A stretch of 64,000 bases of DNA from the human T2T-CHM13v2.0 reference genome, Homo sapiens. The notes beneath the pieces were generated by a model. It saw only the letters and a program-made list of their open reading frames with translations, was not told the origin of the DNA and searched no databases. The translations under genes and the position numbers were made by a program. Positions 26,966 to 44,700 of this stretch are shown piece after piece. Every line of letters begins with the position of its first letter. Position 1 is the stretch's first letter. The stretch lies in the NCBI RefSeq assembly GCF_009914755.1, contig NC_060937.1. One strand, 5' to 3'.

Positions 26966-29307
26966 ATACTCAAAATATATATTACATACTGTACATAAAA
27001 TATCAAAGTACCCAAATTATGTATTATATACTGTACGTAAAATATCAGAGTACCCAAAATATGCATTATATACTGTACATAAAATATGAAAGTAACAAAA
27101 CATTTATAATAAACTGTACATAAAATATCAAAGTACTCAAACTATATATCATATACTGTACATAAAATATCAAAGTACCCAAAATATATATTGTATACTG
27201 TACATAAAATATGAAGGTACATCAAAGATATATTATATTCTGTACATAAAATATCAAACTACACCAAATATATATTATATGCTGTACATAATATATCAAA
27301 GTTGCCCATATATACATTCTATACTGTACATAAAATATGAACGTACATCAAATATATAGTATATGCTGCACATAAAATATCAAAGTACCCAAAGTATGTA
27401 TTATACACTGTACATAAAATATCAAAGTACCAAAAGTATATATTACATACTGTAAATAAAATATGAAGGTACCTCAAATATATATTATATTCTATACATA
27501 AAATATCAAAGTACACCAAGTATATACTATATACTCTGCATAAAATATTAAATTACCCAAAATATGTATTGCATTGTGTACATAAAATATGAAAGTAACC
27601 AAACGTTTATAATAAACTGTACATAAAATATCAAAGTACTCAAACTGTATATTATATACTGTACATAAAGTATCAAAGTACCCAAACTGTGTAGTATATA
27701 TTGTACATAAAATACCAAGGTACCCAAAATATATATTGTAAACTGTAGATAAAATATCAAAGTACCCAAAATATATATTATATACTGTACATGAAATATG
27801 AAGGCACATCCAATATATATTATACTCTGTACATAAAATATCAAAGTACACCAAATGTATATTATATACTGTACATAAAATATGAAAGTACCCAATGTGT
27901 ATATTATATACTGTACATAAACTATGAAGGTTCATCAAATATATTTTATATTCTGCACATAATATATCAAAGTACAGCAAATATATATTATATACTGTAC
28001 ATAAAATATCAAAGTACCCAAAATATGTATTATATACTGTACATAAAATATGAAAGTAAGCAAACATTTATAATAAACTGTACATAAAGTATCAAAGTAC
28101 TCAAACTACATATTATATACAGTATATAAAATATCAAAGTACCCAAACTGTATATTATATACTGTACATAATATATCAAAGTACCCGAATATATAGCATA
28201 CTCCACATAAAATATCAAAGTACCCAAAGTTTGTATTATACACTGCACATAAAATATGGAGGTACATCAAAGATATATTATATTCTGTACATAAAATATC
28301 CAAGTACACCAAATATATATTATATGCTGTACATAATATATTAAAGTCGACCAAATATATATTATATACTGTACATAAAATATGAAGGTACATCAAATAT
28401 ATATTATATGCTGCACATAAAATATCAAAGTACCCAAAGTATGTGTTATATACTGTACATAAAATATCAAAGTACCCAAAGTATATATTATATACTGTAC
28501 ATAAAATATAAAATACCCCAAATATATATTATATGCTCTACATAAAATATCAAAGTACACAAAATATGTATTATATACTGTACATAAAATACCAAAGGAC
28601 CCAAAATATATATTATATACTGTACATAAAATATCAAAATACCCAATATATATATTATATACTGTACATAAAATACCAAAGTACCCAAAGTATATATTAT
28701 ATACCGTACAAAAAATATCAAAGTAGCCAAAATATGTATTATACACTGTACATAATATATGAAAGTACCCAAACATTTATAATAAACTGTACATAAAATA
28801 TCAATGTACTCAAACTATATATTATGTGCGGTACATAAGATATCAAAGTACCCATACTATATAGTATATACTGTACTTAAAATATCAAAATACCCAAAAT
28901 ATATATTATATACGTTACATAAACTATCACATACACAAAGTATGTATTATATACTGTACATAAAATAGCAAAGTTCCCAAAATATGTATTATATACTGTA
29001 CATAAAATATGAAAGTACCCAACCATTCATAATAAAGTCTACATAAAATACCAAAGTACCCAAACTGTGTATTATATACTGTCCATAAAATATCAAAGGA
29101 CCCAAAATATATATTGTAAACTCTACATAAAATATCAAAGTAGCCAAAATACATATTGTATACTGTACATAAAATATAAAAGTACCCGAAATATATATTA
29201 TATACTGTACATAAAATATCAAAGTACCCATAATACATATTATATACTGTACATAAAATATCAAAGGACCCAAAATAAACATTATATACTGTACATAAAA
29301 TATCCAA
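26966..29307 (+). repeat. Type B HOR with 16-monomer deletion (2342 bp)
   Basis: 3013 - 671. Junction near 27160-27182. Confidence 0.75.
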
Positions 29308-32300
29308 ATACTCAAAATATATATTACATACTGTACATAAAATATCAAAGTACCCAAATTATGTATTATATACTGTACGTAAAATATCAGAGTACCCAAA
29401 ATATGCATTATATACTGTACATAAAATATGAAAGTAACAAAACATTTATAATAAACTGTACATAAAATATCAAAGTACTCAAACTATATATCATATACTG
29501 TACATAAAATATCAAAGTACCCAAACTGTGTATTATTACATACTTTATATAAAATATCAAAGTACCTGAAATATATATTGTATACTGTACATAAAATATC
29601 AAAGTACCCAAAATATATACTATATACTGTACATAAAATATGAAGGTACATCAAATATATATTATATCCTGTACATAAAATATCAAAGTACACCTATTAT
29701 ATATTGTGTACTGTACATAATATATTAAATCGCCCAAATATATATCGTATACTGTATATAAAATATGAAGGTACTTCAAATATATATTGTATGCTGCACA
29801 TAAAATATCAAAGTACCCAAAGAATGCATTACATACTGTACATAAAATATCAAGGTACACACATTATATATTATATACTGTACATAAAATATGTAGGTTC
29901 ATCAAATATATTTTATATTCTGTACATAATATATCAAAGTACATCAAATATATATTATATACTGTACATAAAATATCAAAGTACCCAAAATATGTATTAT
30001 ATACTGTACATAAAACATGAAAGTAACCAAACATTTATAATAAACTGTACATAAAATATCAAAGTACTCAATCTACATATTATATACAGTATATAAAATA
30101 TCAAGGTACACAAACTGTATAATATATACTGCACATAATATATCAAAGTACCCAGAATATATAGCATACTGTACATAAAATATCAAAGTACCCAAAATAT
30201 ATTGTATACTGTACATAAAATATGAAGGTACATCAAAGATATATTATATTCTGTACATAAAATATCAAACTACACCAAATATGTATTGTATGCTGTACAT
30301 AATATATTAAAGTTGCCCATATATACATTATATACTGTACATAAAATATGAACGTACATCAAATATATAGTATATGCTGCACATAAAATATCAAAGTACC
30401 CAAAGTATGTATTATACACTGTACATAAAATATCAAAGTACCAAAAGTATATATTACATACTGTAAATAAAATATGAAGGTACCTCAAATATATATTATA
30501 TTCTGTACATAAAATATCAAAGTACACCAAGTATATACTATATAATCTGCATAAAATATTAAATTACCCAAAATATGTATTGTATTGTGTACATAAAATA
30601 TGAAAGTATCCAAACATTTATAATAAACTGTACATAAAATATCAAAGTACTCAAACTGTATATTATATACTGTACATAAAGTATCAAAGTACCCAAACTG
30701 TGTAGTATATACTGTACATAAAATATCAAGGTACCCAAAATATATATTGTAAACTGTAGATAAAATATCAAAGTACCCAAAATATATATTATATACTGTA
30801 CATAAAATATGAAGGCACATCCAATATATATTATATTCTGTACATAAAATATCAAAGTACACCAAATGTATATAATATACTGTACATAAAATATCAAAGT
30901 ACCCAAATTGTATATTATATACTGTACATAAAATATGAAGGTTCATCAAATATATTTTATATTCTGCACATCATATATCAAAGTACAGCAAATATATATT
31001 ATATACTGTACATAAAATATCAAAGTACCCAAAATATGTATTATATACTGTACATAAAATATGAAAGTAACCAAACATTTATAATACACTGTACATAAAG
31101 TATCAAAGTACTCAAACTACATATTATATACAGTATATAAAATATCAAAGTACCCAAACTGTATATTATATACTGTACATAATATATCAAAGTACCCGAA
31201 TATATAGCATACTCTACATAAAATATCAAAGTACCCAAAGTTTGTATTATACACTGCACAGAAAATATGAAGGTACATCAAAGATATATTATATTCTGTA
31301 CATAAAATATCAAAGTACACCAAATATATATTATATGCTGTACATAATATATTAAAGTCGACCAAATATATATTATATACTGTACATAAAATATGAAGGT
31401 ACATCAAATATATATTATATGCTGCACATAAAATATCAAAGTACCCAAAGTATGTGTTATATACTGTACATAAAATATCAAAGTACCCAAAGTATATATT
31501 ATATACTGTACATAAAATATAAAATACCCCAAATATATATTATATGCTCTACATAAAATATCAAAGTACACAAAATATGTATTATATACTGTACATAAAA
31601 TACCAAAGGACCCAAAATATATATTATATACTGTACATAAAATATCAAAATTCCCAAAATATATATTATATACTGTACATAAAATACCAAAGTACCCAAA
31701 GTATATATTATATACCGTACAAAAAATATCAAAGTAGCCAAAATATGTATTATACACTGTACATAATATATGAAAGTACCCAAACATTTATAATAAATTG
31801 TACATAAAATATCAATGTACTCCAACTATATATTATGTGCGGTACATAAGATATCAAAGTACCCATACTATATAGTATATACTGTACTTAAAATATCAAA
31901 ATACCCAAAATATATATTATATACGTTACATAAACTATCAAATACACAAAGTATGTATTATATACTGTACATAAAATAGCAAAGTTCCCAAAATATGTAT
32001 TATATACTGTACATAAAATATGAAAGTACCCAACCATTTATAATAAACTCTACATAAAATACCAAAGTACCCAAACTGTGTATTATATACTGTCCATAAA
32101 ATATCAAAGGACCCAAAATATATATTGTAAACTCTACATAAAATATCAAAGTAGCCAAAATACATATTGTATACTGTACATAAAATATAAAAGTACCACA
32201 AATATATATTATATACTGTACATAAAATATCAAAGTACCCATAATACATATTATATACTGTACATAAAATATCAAAGGACCCAAAATAAACATTATATAC

Positions 32301-35300
32301 TGTACATAAAATATCCAAATACTCAAAATATATATTACATACTGTACATAAAATATCAAAGTACCCAAATTATGTATTATATACTGTACGTAAAATATCA
32401 GAGTACCCAAAATATGCATTATATACTGTACATAAAATATGAAAGTAACAAAACATTTATAAAAAACTGTACATAAAATATCAAAGTACTCAAACTATAT
32501 ATCATATACTGTACATAAAATATCAAAGTACCCAAACTGTGTATTATTATATACTGTATATAAAATATCAAAGTACCTGAAATATATACTGTATACTGTA
32601 CATAAAATATCAAAGTACCCAAAATATATACTATATACTGTACATAAAATATGAAGGTACATCAAATATATATTATATCCTGTACATAAAATATCAAAGT
32701 ACACCTATTATATATTGTGTACTGTACATAATATATTAAATCGCCCAAATATATATTGTATACTGTATATAAAATATGAAGGTACTTCAAATATATATTA
32801 TATGCTGCACATAAAATATCAAAGTACCCAAGGTATGCATTACATACTGTACATAAAATATCAAAGTACACATATTATATATTATATAATGTACATAAAA
32901 TATGAAGGTTCATCAAATATATATTATATTCTGTACATAATATATCAATGTACATCAAATATATATTATATACTGTACATAAAATATCAAAGTACCAAAA
33001 ATATGTATTATATACTGTACATAAAACATGAAAGTAACCAAACATTTATAATAAACTGTACATAAAATATCAAAGTACTCAATCTACATATTATATACAG
33101 TATATAAAATATCAAAGTACACAAACTGTATATTATATACTGTACATAATATATCAAAGTACCCAGAATATATAGCATACTGTACATAGAATATCAAAGT
33201 ACCCAAAATATATATTGTATACTGTACATAAAATATGAAGGTACATCAAAGATATATTATATTCTGTACATAAAATATGAAAGTACACCAAATATATATT
33301 ATATGCTGTACATAATATATTAAAGTTGCCCATATATACATTATATACTGTACATAAAATATGAACGTACATCAAATATATAGTATATGCTGCACATAAA
33401 ATATCAAAGTACCCAAAGTATGTATTATACACTGTACATAAAATATCAAAGTACCAAAAGTATATATTACATACTGTAAATAAAATATGAAGGTACCTCA
33501 AATATATATTATATTCTGTACATAAAATATCAAAGTACACCAAGTATATACTATATACTCTGCATAAAATATTAAATTACCCGAAATATGTATTGCATTG
33601 TGTACATAAAATATGAAAGTAACCAAACATTTATAATAAACTGTACATAAAATATCAAAGTACTCAAACTGTATATTATATACTCTACATAAAGTATCAA
33701 AGTACCCAAACTGTGTAGTATATACTGTACATAAAATATCAAGGTACCCAAAATATATATTGTAAACTGTAGATAAAATATCAAAGTACCCAAAATATAT
33801 ATTATATACTGTACATAAAATATGAAGGCACATCCAATATATATTATATTCTGTACATAAAATATCAAAGTACACCAAATGTATATTATATACTGTACAT
33901 AAAATATCAAAGTACCCAAAGTGTATATTATATACTGTACATAAAATATGAAGGTTCATCAAATATATTTTATATTCTGCACATAATATATCAAAGTACA
34001 GCAAATATATATTATATACTGTACATAAAATATCAAAGTACCCAAAATATGTATTATATACTGTACATAAAATATGAAAGTAAGCAAACATTTATAATAA
34101 ACTGTACATAAAGTATCAAAGTACTCAAACTACATATTATATACAGTATATAAAATATCAAAGTACCCAAACTGTATATTATATACTGTACATAATATAT
34201 CAAAGTACCCGAATATATAGCATACTCTACATAAAATATCAAAGTACCCAAAGTTTGTATTATACACTGCACATAAAATATGAAGGTACAACAAAGATAT
34301 ATTATATTCTCTACATAAAATATCAAAGTACACCAAATATATATTATATGCTGTACATAATATATTAAAGTCGACCAAATATATATTATATACTGTACAT
34401 AAAATATGAAGGTACATCAAATATATATTATATGCTGCACATAAAATATCAAAGTACCCAAAGTATGTGTTATATACTGTACATAAAATATCAAATTACC
34501 CAAAGTATATATTATATACTGTACATAAAATATAAAATACCCCAAATATATATTATATGCTGTACATAAAATATCAAAGTACACAAAATATGTATTATGT
34601 ACTGTACATAAAATACCAAAGGACCCAAAATATATATTATATACTGTACATAAAATATCAAAATACCCAAAATATATATTATATACTGTACATAAAATAC
34701 CAAAGTACCCAAAGTATATATTATATACGTACAAAAAATATCAAAGTAGCCAAAATATGTATTATACACTGTACATAATATATGAAAGTACCCAAACATT
34801 TATAATAAACTGTACATAAAATATCAATGTACTCAAACTATATATTATGTGCGGTACGTAAGATATCAAAGTACCCATACTATATAGTATATACTGTACT
34901 TAAAATATCTAAATACCCAAAATATATATTATATACGTTACATAAACTATCAAATACACAAAGTATGTATTATATACTGTACATAAAATAGCAAAGTTCC
35001 CAAAATATGTATTATATACTGTACATAAAATATGAAACTACCCAACCATTTATAATAAAGTCTACATAAAATACCAAAGTACCCAAACTGTGTATTATAT
35101 ACTGTCCATAAAATATCAAAGTACCCAAAATATATATTGCAAACTCTACAAAAAATATCAAAGCAGCCAAAAGACATATTGTATACTGTACATAAAATAT
35201 AAAAGTACCCCAAATATATATTATATACTGTACATAAAATATCAAAGTACCAATAATACATATTATATACTGTACATAAAATATCAAAGGACCCAAAATA

Positions 35301-35330
35301 AACATTATATACTGTACATAAAATATCCAA
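29308..35330 (+). repeat. Two consecutive full-length type B HORs (3011 and 3012 bp, 72-mers)
   Basis: Marker at 29307, 32318 and 35330. A 2-bp deletion near 30198 and a 1-bp deletion near 34728 account for the departures from 3013. Confidence 0.85.
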
Positions 35331-35709
35331 ATACTCAAAATATATATTACATACTGTACATAAAATATCAAAGTACCCAAATTATGTATTATATACTGTA
35401 CGTAAAATATCAGAGTACCCAAAATATGCATTATATACTGTACATAAAATATGAAAGTAACAAAACATTTATAATAAACTGTACATAAAATATCAAAGTA
35501 CTCAAACTATATATCATATACTGTACATAAAATATCAAAGTACCCAAACTGTGTATTATTATATACTGTATATAAAATATCAAAGTACCTGAAATATATA
35601 TTGTATACTGTACATAAAATATCAAAGTACCCAAAATATATACTATATACTGAACATAAAATATGAAGGTACATCAAATATATATTATATCCTGTACATA
35701 CAATATCAA

Positions 35710-38700
35710 AGTACACCTATTATATATTGTGTACTGTACATAATATATTAAATCGCCCAAATATATATTGTATACTGTATATAAAATATGAAGGTACTTC
35801 AAATATATATTATATGCTGCACATAAAATATCAAAGTACCCAAAGTATGCATTACATACTGTACATAAAATATCAAAGTACACAAATTATATATTATATA
35901 CTGTACATAAAATATGTAGGTTCATCAAATATATTTTATATTCTGTACATAATATATCAAAGTACATCAAATATATATTATATACGGTACATAAAATATC
36001 AAAGTACCCAAAATATGTATTATTTAATGTACATAACATATGAAAGTAACCAAACATTTATAATAAACTGTACATAAAATATCAAAGTACTCAATCTACA
36101 TATTATATACAGTATATAAAATATCAAAGTACACAAACTGTATATTATATACTGTACATAATATATCAAAGTACCCAGAATATATAGCATACTGTACATA
36201 CAATATCAAAGTACCCAGAATGTATATTGTATACTGTACATAAAATATGAAGGTACATCAAAGATATATTATATTCTGTACATAAAATATCAAAGTACAC
36301 CAAATATATATTATATGCTGTACATAATATATTAAATTTGCCCATGCATACATTTTATACTGTACATAAAATATGAAGGTACATCAAATATATAGTATAT
36401 GCTGCACATAAAATATCAAAGTACCCAAAGTATGTATTATATACTGTACATAAAATATCAAAGTACCAAAAGTATATATTACCTACTGTAAATAAAATAT
36501 GAAGATACCTCAAATATATATTATATTCTGTACATAAAATATCAAAGTACACCAAGTATATACTATATACTCTACATAAAATATTAAATTACCCAAAATA
36601 TGTATTGTATTGTGTACATAAAATATGAAAGTAACCAAACATTTATAATAAACTGTACATAAAATATCAAAGTACTCAAACTTTATATTATATACTGTAC
36701 ATAAAGTATCAAAGTACCCAAACTGTGTAGTATATACTGTACATAAAATATCAAGATACCCAAAATGTATATTGTAAACTGTAGATAAAATATCAAAGTA
36801 CCCAAAATATATATTATATACTGTACATAAAATATGAAGGCACATCCAATATATATTATATTCTGTACATAAAATATCAAAGTACACCAAATGTATATTA
36901 TATACTGTACATAAAATATAAAACTACCCCAAATATATCTTATATACTCTACATAAAATATCAAAGTACCCAAAATATATATTATATACTGTACATAAAA
37001 TATCAAAGTACCCATAGTATGTATTATATCCTGTACATAAAATATGAAGGTACAGCAAATATATATTCTATTCTGCACATAAAATAACATATTGCACCAA
37101 ATATATATTGTATACTGTATATAAAATATGAAGGTACTTCAAATATATATTATATGCTTCACATAAAATATCAAAGAACCCAAAGTATGCATTATATACT
37201 GTACATAAAATATCAAAGTACCCAAAGTGTATATTATATACTGTACATAAAATATGAAGGTTCATCAAATATATTTTATATTCTGCACATAATATATCAA
37301 AGTACAGCAAATATATATTATATACTGTACATAAAATAACAAAGTACCAAAAATATGTATTATATACTGTACATAAAATATGAAAGTAACCAAATATTTA
37401 TAATAAACTGTATATAAAATATCAAAGTACTCAAACTACATATTATATACAGTATATAAAATATCAAAGTACCCAAACTATATATTATATACTGTACATA
37501 CTATATCAAAGTACCCAAATATATAGCATACTGTCCATAAAATATCAAAGTACCCAAAATATATATTGTATACTGTACATAAAATATGAAGGTACATCAA
37601 AGATATATTATATCCTGTACATAAAATATCAAAGTACACCAAATATATATTATATGCTGTACATAATATATTAAAGTCGACCAAATATATATTATATACT
37701 GTACATAAAATATGAAGGTACCTCAACTATATATTATATGCTGCACATAAAATATCAAAGTACCCAAAGTATGTATTATATACTGTACATAAACTATCAA
37801 AGTACCCAAAGTATATATTTTATACTGTACATAAAATATAAAATGCCCCAAATATATATTATATGCTGTACATAAAATATCAAAGTACACAAAATATGTA
37901 TTATGTACTGTACATACAATATAAAGGACCCAAAATATATACTATATACTGTACATAAAATATCAAAATACCCAAAATATATATTATATACTGTACATAA
38001 AATACCAAAGTACCCAAAGTATATATTATATACCGTACAAAAAATATCAAAGTAGCCAAAATATGTATTATACACTGTACGTAATATATGAAAGTACCCA
38101 AACATTTATAATAAACTGTACATAAAATATCAATGTACTCAAACTATGTATTATGTGCGGTACATAACATATCAAAGTACCCATACTATATAGTATGTAC
38201 TGCACTTAAAATATCAAAATACCCAAAATATATATTATATACGTTACATAAACTATCAAATACACAAAGTATGTATTATATACTGTACATAAAATAGCAA
38301 AGTTCCCAAAATATGTATTATATACTGTACATAAAATATGAAAGTACCCAACCATTTATAATAAACTCTACATAAAATACCAAAGTACCCAAACTGTGTA
38401 TTATATACTGTCCATAAAATATCAAAGTACCCAAAATATATATTGTAAACTGTACATAAAATATCAAAGTAGCCAAAATACATATTGTATACTGTACATA
38501 AAATATGAAAGTACCCCAAATATGTATTATATACTGTACATAAAATATCAAAGTACCCATAATACATATTATATACTGTACATAAAATATCAAAGGACCC
38601 AAAATAAACATTATATACTATACATAAAATATCCAAATACTCAAAATATATATTACGTACTGTACATAAAATATCAAAGTACCCAAATTATGTATTATAT

Positions 38701-41700
38701 ACTGTACGTAAAATATCAGAGTACCCAAAATATGCATTATATACTGTACATAAAATATGAAAGTAACAATACATTTATAATAAACTGTACATAAAATATC
38801 AAAGTACTCAAACTATATATCATATACTGTACATAAAATATCAAAGTACCCAAACTGTGTATTATTATATACTGTATATAAAATATCAAAGTACCTGAAA
38901 TATATACTGTATACTGTACATAAAATATCAAAGTACCCAAAATATATACTATATACTGTACATAAAATATGAAGGTACATCAAATATATATTATATCCTG
39001 TACATAAAATATCAAAGTACACCTATTATATATTGTGTACTGTACATAATATATTAAATCGCCCAAATATATATTGTATACTGTATATAAAATATGAAGG
39101 TACTTCAAATATATATTATATGCTGCACATAAAATATCAAAGTACCCAAAGTATGCATTAAACACTGTACATAAAATATCAAAGTACACATATTATCTAT
39201 TATATAATGTACATAAAATATGAAGGTTCATCAAATATATATTATATTCTGTACATAATATATCAAAGTACATCAAATATATATTATATACTGTACATAA
39301 AATATCAAAGTACCAAAAATATGTATTATATACTGTACATAAAACATGAAAGTAACCAAACATTTATAATAAACTGTACATAAAATATCAAAGTACTCAA
39401 TCTACATATTATATACAGTATATAAAATATCAAAGTACACAAACTGTATATTATATACGGTACATAATATATCAAAGTACCCAGAATATATAGCATACTG
39501 TACATAAAATATCAAAGTACCCAAAATGTATATTGTATACTGTACATAAAATATGAAGGTACATCAAAGATATATTATATTCTGTACATAAAATATCAAA
39601 GTACACCAAATATATATTATATGCTGTACATAATATATTAAAGTTGCCCATATATACATTATATACTGTACATAAAATATGAACGTACATCAAATATATA
39701 GTATATGCTGCACATAAAATATCAAAGTACCCAAAGTATGTATTATACACTGTACATAAAATATCAAAGTACCAAAAGTATATATTACATACTGTAAATA
39801 AAATATGAAGGTACCTCAAATATATATTATATTCTGTACATAAAATATCAAAGTACACCAAGTATATACTATATACTCTGCATAAAATATTAAATTACCC
39901 AAAATATGTATTGCATTGTGTACATAAAATATGAAAGTAACCAAACATTTATAATAAACTGTACATAAAATATCAAAGTACTCAAACTGTATATTATATA
40001 CTGTACATAAAGTATCAAAGTACCCAAACTGTGTAGTATATACTGTACATAAAATATCAAGGTACCCAAAATATATATTGTAAACTGTAGATAAAATATC
40101 AAAGTACCCAAAATATATATTATATACTGTGCATAAAATATGAAGGCACATCCAATATATATTATATTCTGTACATAATATATCAAAGTACACCAAATGT
40201 ATATTATATACTGTACATAAAATATCAAAGTACCCAAAGTGTATATTATATACTGTACATAAACTATGAAAGTTCATCAAATATATTTTATATTCTGCAC
40301 ATAATATATCAAAGTACAGCAAATATATATTATATACTGTACATAAAATATCAAAGTACCCAAAATATGTATTATATACTGTACATAAAATATGAAAGTA
40401 ACCAAACATTTATAATAAACTGTACATAAAATATCAAAGTACTCAAACTGTATATTATATACTCTACATAAAGTATCAAAGTACCCAAACTGTGTAGTAT
40501 ATACTGTACATAAAATATCAAGGTACACAAAATATATATTGTAAACTGTAGATAAAATATCAAAGTACCCAAAATATATATTATATACTGTACATGAAAT
40601 ATGAAGGCCCCTCCAATATATATTATACTCTGTACATAAAATATCAAAGTACACCAAATGTATATTATATACTGTACATAAAATATCAAAGTACCCAAAG
40701 TGTATATTATATACTGTACATAAACTATGAAGGTTCATCAAATATATTTTATATTCTGCACATAATATATCAAAGTACAGCAAATATATGTTATATACTG
40801 TACATAAAATATCAAAGTACCCAAATTATGTATTATATACTGTACATAAAATATGAAAGTAAGCAAACATTTATAATAAACTGTACATAAAGTATCAAAG
40901 TACTCAAACTACATATTATATACAGTATATAAAATATCAAAGTACCCAAACTGTATATTATATAATGTACATAATATATCAAAGTACCCGAATATATAGC
41001 ATACTCTACATAAAATATCAAAGTACCCAAAGTTTGTATTATACACTGCACATAAAATATGGAGGTACATCAAAGATATATTATATTCTGTACATAAAAT
41101 ATCAAAGTACACCAAATATATGTTATATGCTGTACATAATATATTAAAGTCGACCAAATATATATTATATACTGTACATAAAATATGAAGGTACATCAAA
41201 TATATATTATATGCTGCACATAAAATATCAAAGTACCCAAAGTATGTGTTATATACTGTACATAAAATATCAAAGTACCCAAAGTATATATTATATACTG
41301 TACATAAAATATAAAATACCCCAAATATATATTATATGCTCTACATAAAATATCAAAGTACACAAAATATGTATTATATACTGTACATAAAATACCAAAG
41401 GACCCAAAATATATATTATATACTGTACATAAAATATCAAAATACCCAAAATATATATTATATACTGTACATAAAATACCAAAGTACCCAAAGTATATAT
41501 TATATACCGTACAAAAAATATCAAAGTAGCCAAAATATGTATTATACACTGTACATAATATATGAAAGTACCCAAACATTTATAATAAACTGTACATAAA
41601 ATATCAATGTACTCAAACTATATATTATGTGCGCTACATAAGATATCAAAGTACCCATACTATATAGTATATACTGTACTTAAAATATCAAAATACCCAA

Positions 41701-44700
41701 AATATATATTATATACGTTACATAAACTATCAAATACACAAAGTATGTATTATATACTGTACATAAAATAGCAAAGTTCCCAAAATATGTATTATATACT
41801 GTACATAAAATATGAAAGTACCCAACCATTTATAATAAAGTCTACATAAAATACCAAAGTACCCAAACTGTGTATTATATACTGTCCATAAAATATCAAA
41901 GGACCCAAAATATATATTGTAAACTCTACATAAAATATCAAAGTAGCCAAAATACATATTGTATACTGTACATAAAATATAAAAGTACCCCAAATATATA
42001 TTATATACTGTACATAAAATATCAAAGTACCCATAATACATATTATACACTGTACATAAAATATCAAAGGACCCAAAATAAACATTATATACTGTACATA
42101 AAATATCCAAATACTCAAAATATATATTACATACTGTACATAAAATATCAAAGTACCCAAATTATGTATTATACACTGTACGTAAAATATCAGAGTACCC
42201 AAAATATGCATTATATACTGTACATAAAATATGAAAGTAACAAAACATTTATAATAAACTGTACATAAAATATCAAAGTACTCAAACTATATATCATATA
42301 CTGTACATAAAATATCAAAGTACCCAAACTGTGTATTATTATATACTGTATATAAAATATCAAAGTACCTGAAATATATACTGTATACTGTACATAAAAT
42401 ATCAAAGTACCCAAAATATATACTATATACTGTACATAAAATATGAAGGTACATCAAATATATATTATATCCTGTACATAAAATATCAAAGTACACCTAT
42501 TATATATTGTGTACTGTACATAATATATTAAATCGCCCAAATATATATTGTATACTGTATATAAAATATGAAGGTACTTCAAATATATATTATATGCTGC
42601 ACATAAAATATCAAAGTACCCAAAGTATGCATTACATACTGTACATAAAATATCAAAGTACACATATTATCTATTATATAATGTACATAAAATATGAAGG
42701 TTCATCAAATATATATTATATTCTGTACATAATATATCAAAGTACATCAAATATATATTATATACTGTACATAAAATATCAAAGTACCAAAAATATGTAT
42801 TATATACTGTACATAAAACATGAAAGTAACCAAACATTTATAATAAACTGTACATAAAATATCAAAGTACTCAATCTACATATTATATACAGTATATAAA
42901 ATATCAAAGTACACAAACTGTATATTATATACGGTACATAATATATCAAAGTACCCAGAATATATAGCATACTGTAAATAAAATATCAAAGTACCCAAAA
43001 TATATATTGTATACTGTACATAAAACATGAAGGTACATCAAAGATATATTCTGTACATAAAATATCAAACTACACCAAATATATATTATATGCTGTACAT
43101 AATATATTAAAGTTGCCCATATATACATTATATACTGTACATAAAATATGAACGTACATCAAATATATAGTATATGCTGCACATAAAATATCAAAGTACC
43201 CAAAATATATACTATATACTGTACATAAAATATGAAGGTACATCAAATATATATTATATCCTGTACATAAAATATCAAAGTACACCTATTATATATTGTG
43301 TACTGCACATAATATATTAAATCGCCCAAATATATATTGTATACTGTATATAAAATATGAAGGTACTTCAAATATATATTATATGCTGCACATAAAATAT
43401 CAAAGTACCCAAAGTATGCATTACATACTGTACATAAAATATCAAATTACAAAAATTATATATTATATTCTGTACATAAAATATGTAGGTTCTTCAAATA
43501 TATTTTATATTCTGTACATAATATATCAAAGTACATCAAATATATATTATATACGGTACATAAAATATCAAAGTACCCAAAATATGTATTAATTACTGTG
43601 CATAAAATATGAAAGTAACCAAACATTTATAATAAACTGTACATAAAATATCAAACTACTCAATCTACATATTATATACAGTATATAAAATATCAAAGTA
43701 CACAAACTGTATATTATATACTGTACATAATATATCAAAGTACCCAGAATATATAGCATACTGTACATACAATATCAAAGTACCCAGAATGTATATTGTA
43801 TTCTGTACATAAAATATGAATGTACATCAAAGATATATTATATTCTGTACATAAAATATCAAAGTACACCAAATATATATTATATGCTGTACATAATATA
43901 TTAAAGTTGCCCATGCATACATTTTATACTGTACATAAAATATGAAGGTACATCAAATATATAGTATATGCTGCACATAAAATATCAAAGTACCCAAAGT
44001 ATGTATTATATACTGTACATAAAATATCAAAGTACCAAAAGTATATATTACCTACTGTAAATACAATATGAAGATACCTCAAATATATATTATATTCTGT
44101 ACATGAAATATCAAAGTACACCAAGTATATACTATATACTCTACATAAAATATTAAATTACCCAAAATATGTATTGTATTGTGTACATAAAATATGAAAG
44201 TAACCAAACATTTATAATAAACTGTACATAAAATATCAAAGTACTCAAACTTTATATTATATACTGTACATAAAGTATCAAAGTACCCAAACTGTGTAGT
44301 ATATACTGTACATAAAGTATCAAGGTACCCAAAATGTATATTGTAAACTGTAGATAAAATATCAAAGTACCCAAAATATATATTATATACTGTACATAAA
44401 ATATGAAGGCTCATCCAATATATATTATATTCTGTACATAAAATATCAAAGTACACCAAATGTATATTATATACTGTACATAAAATATAAAACTACGCCA
44501 AATATATCTTATATACTCTACATAAAATATCAAAGTACCCAAAATATATATTATATACTGTACATAAAATATCAAAGTACCCATAGTATGTATTATATCC
44601 TGTACGTAAAATATGAAGGTATATCAAATATATATTCTATTCTGCACATAAAATATCATATTGCACCAAATATATATTGTATACTGTATATAAAATATGA

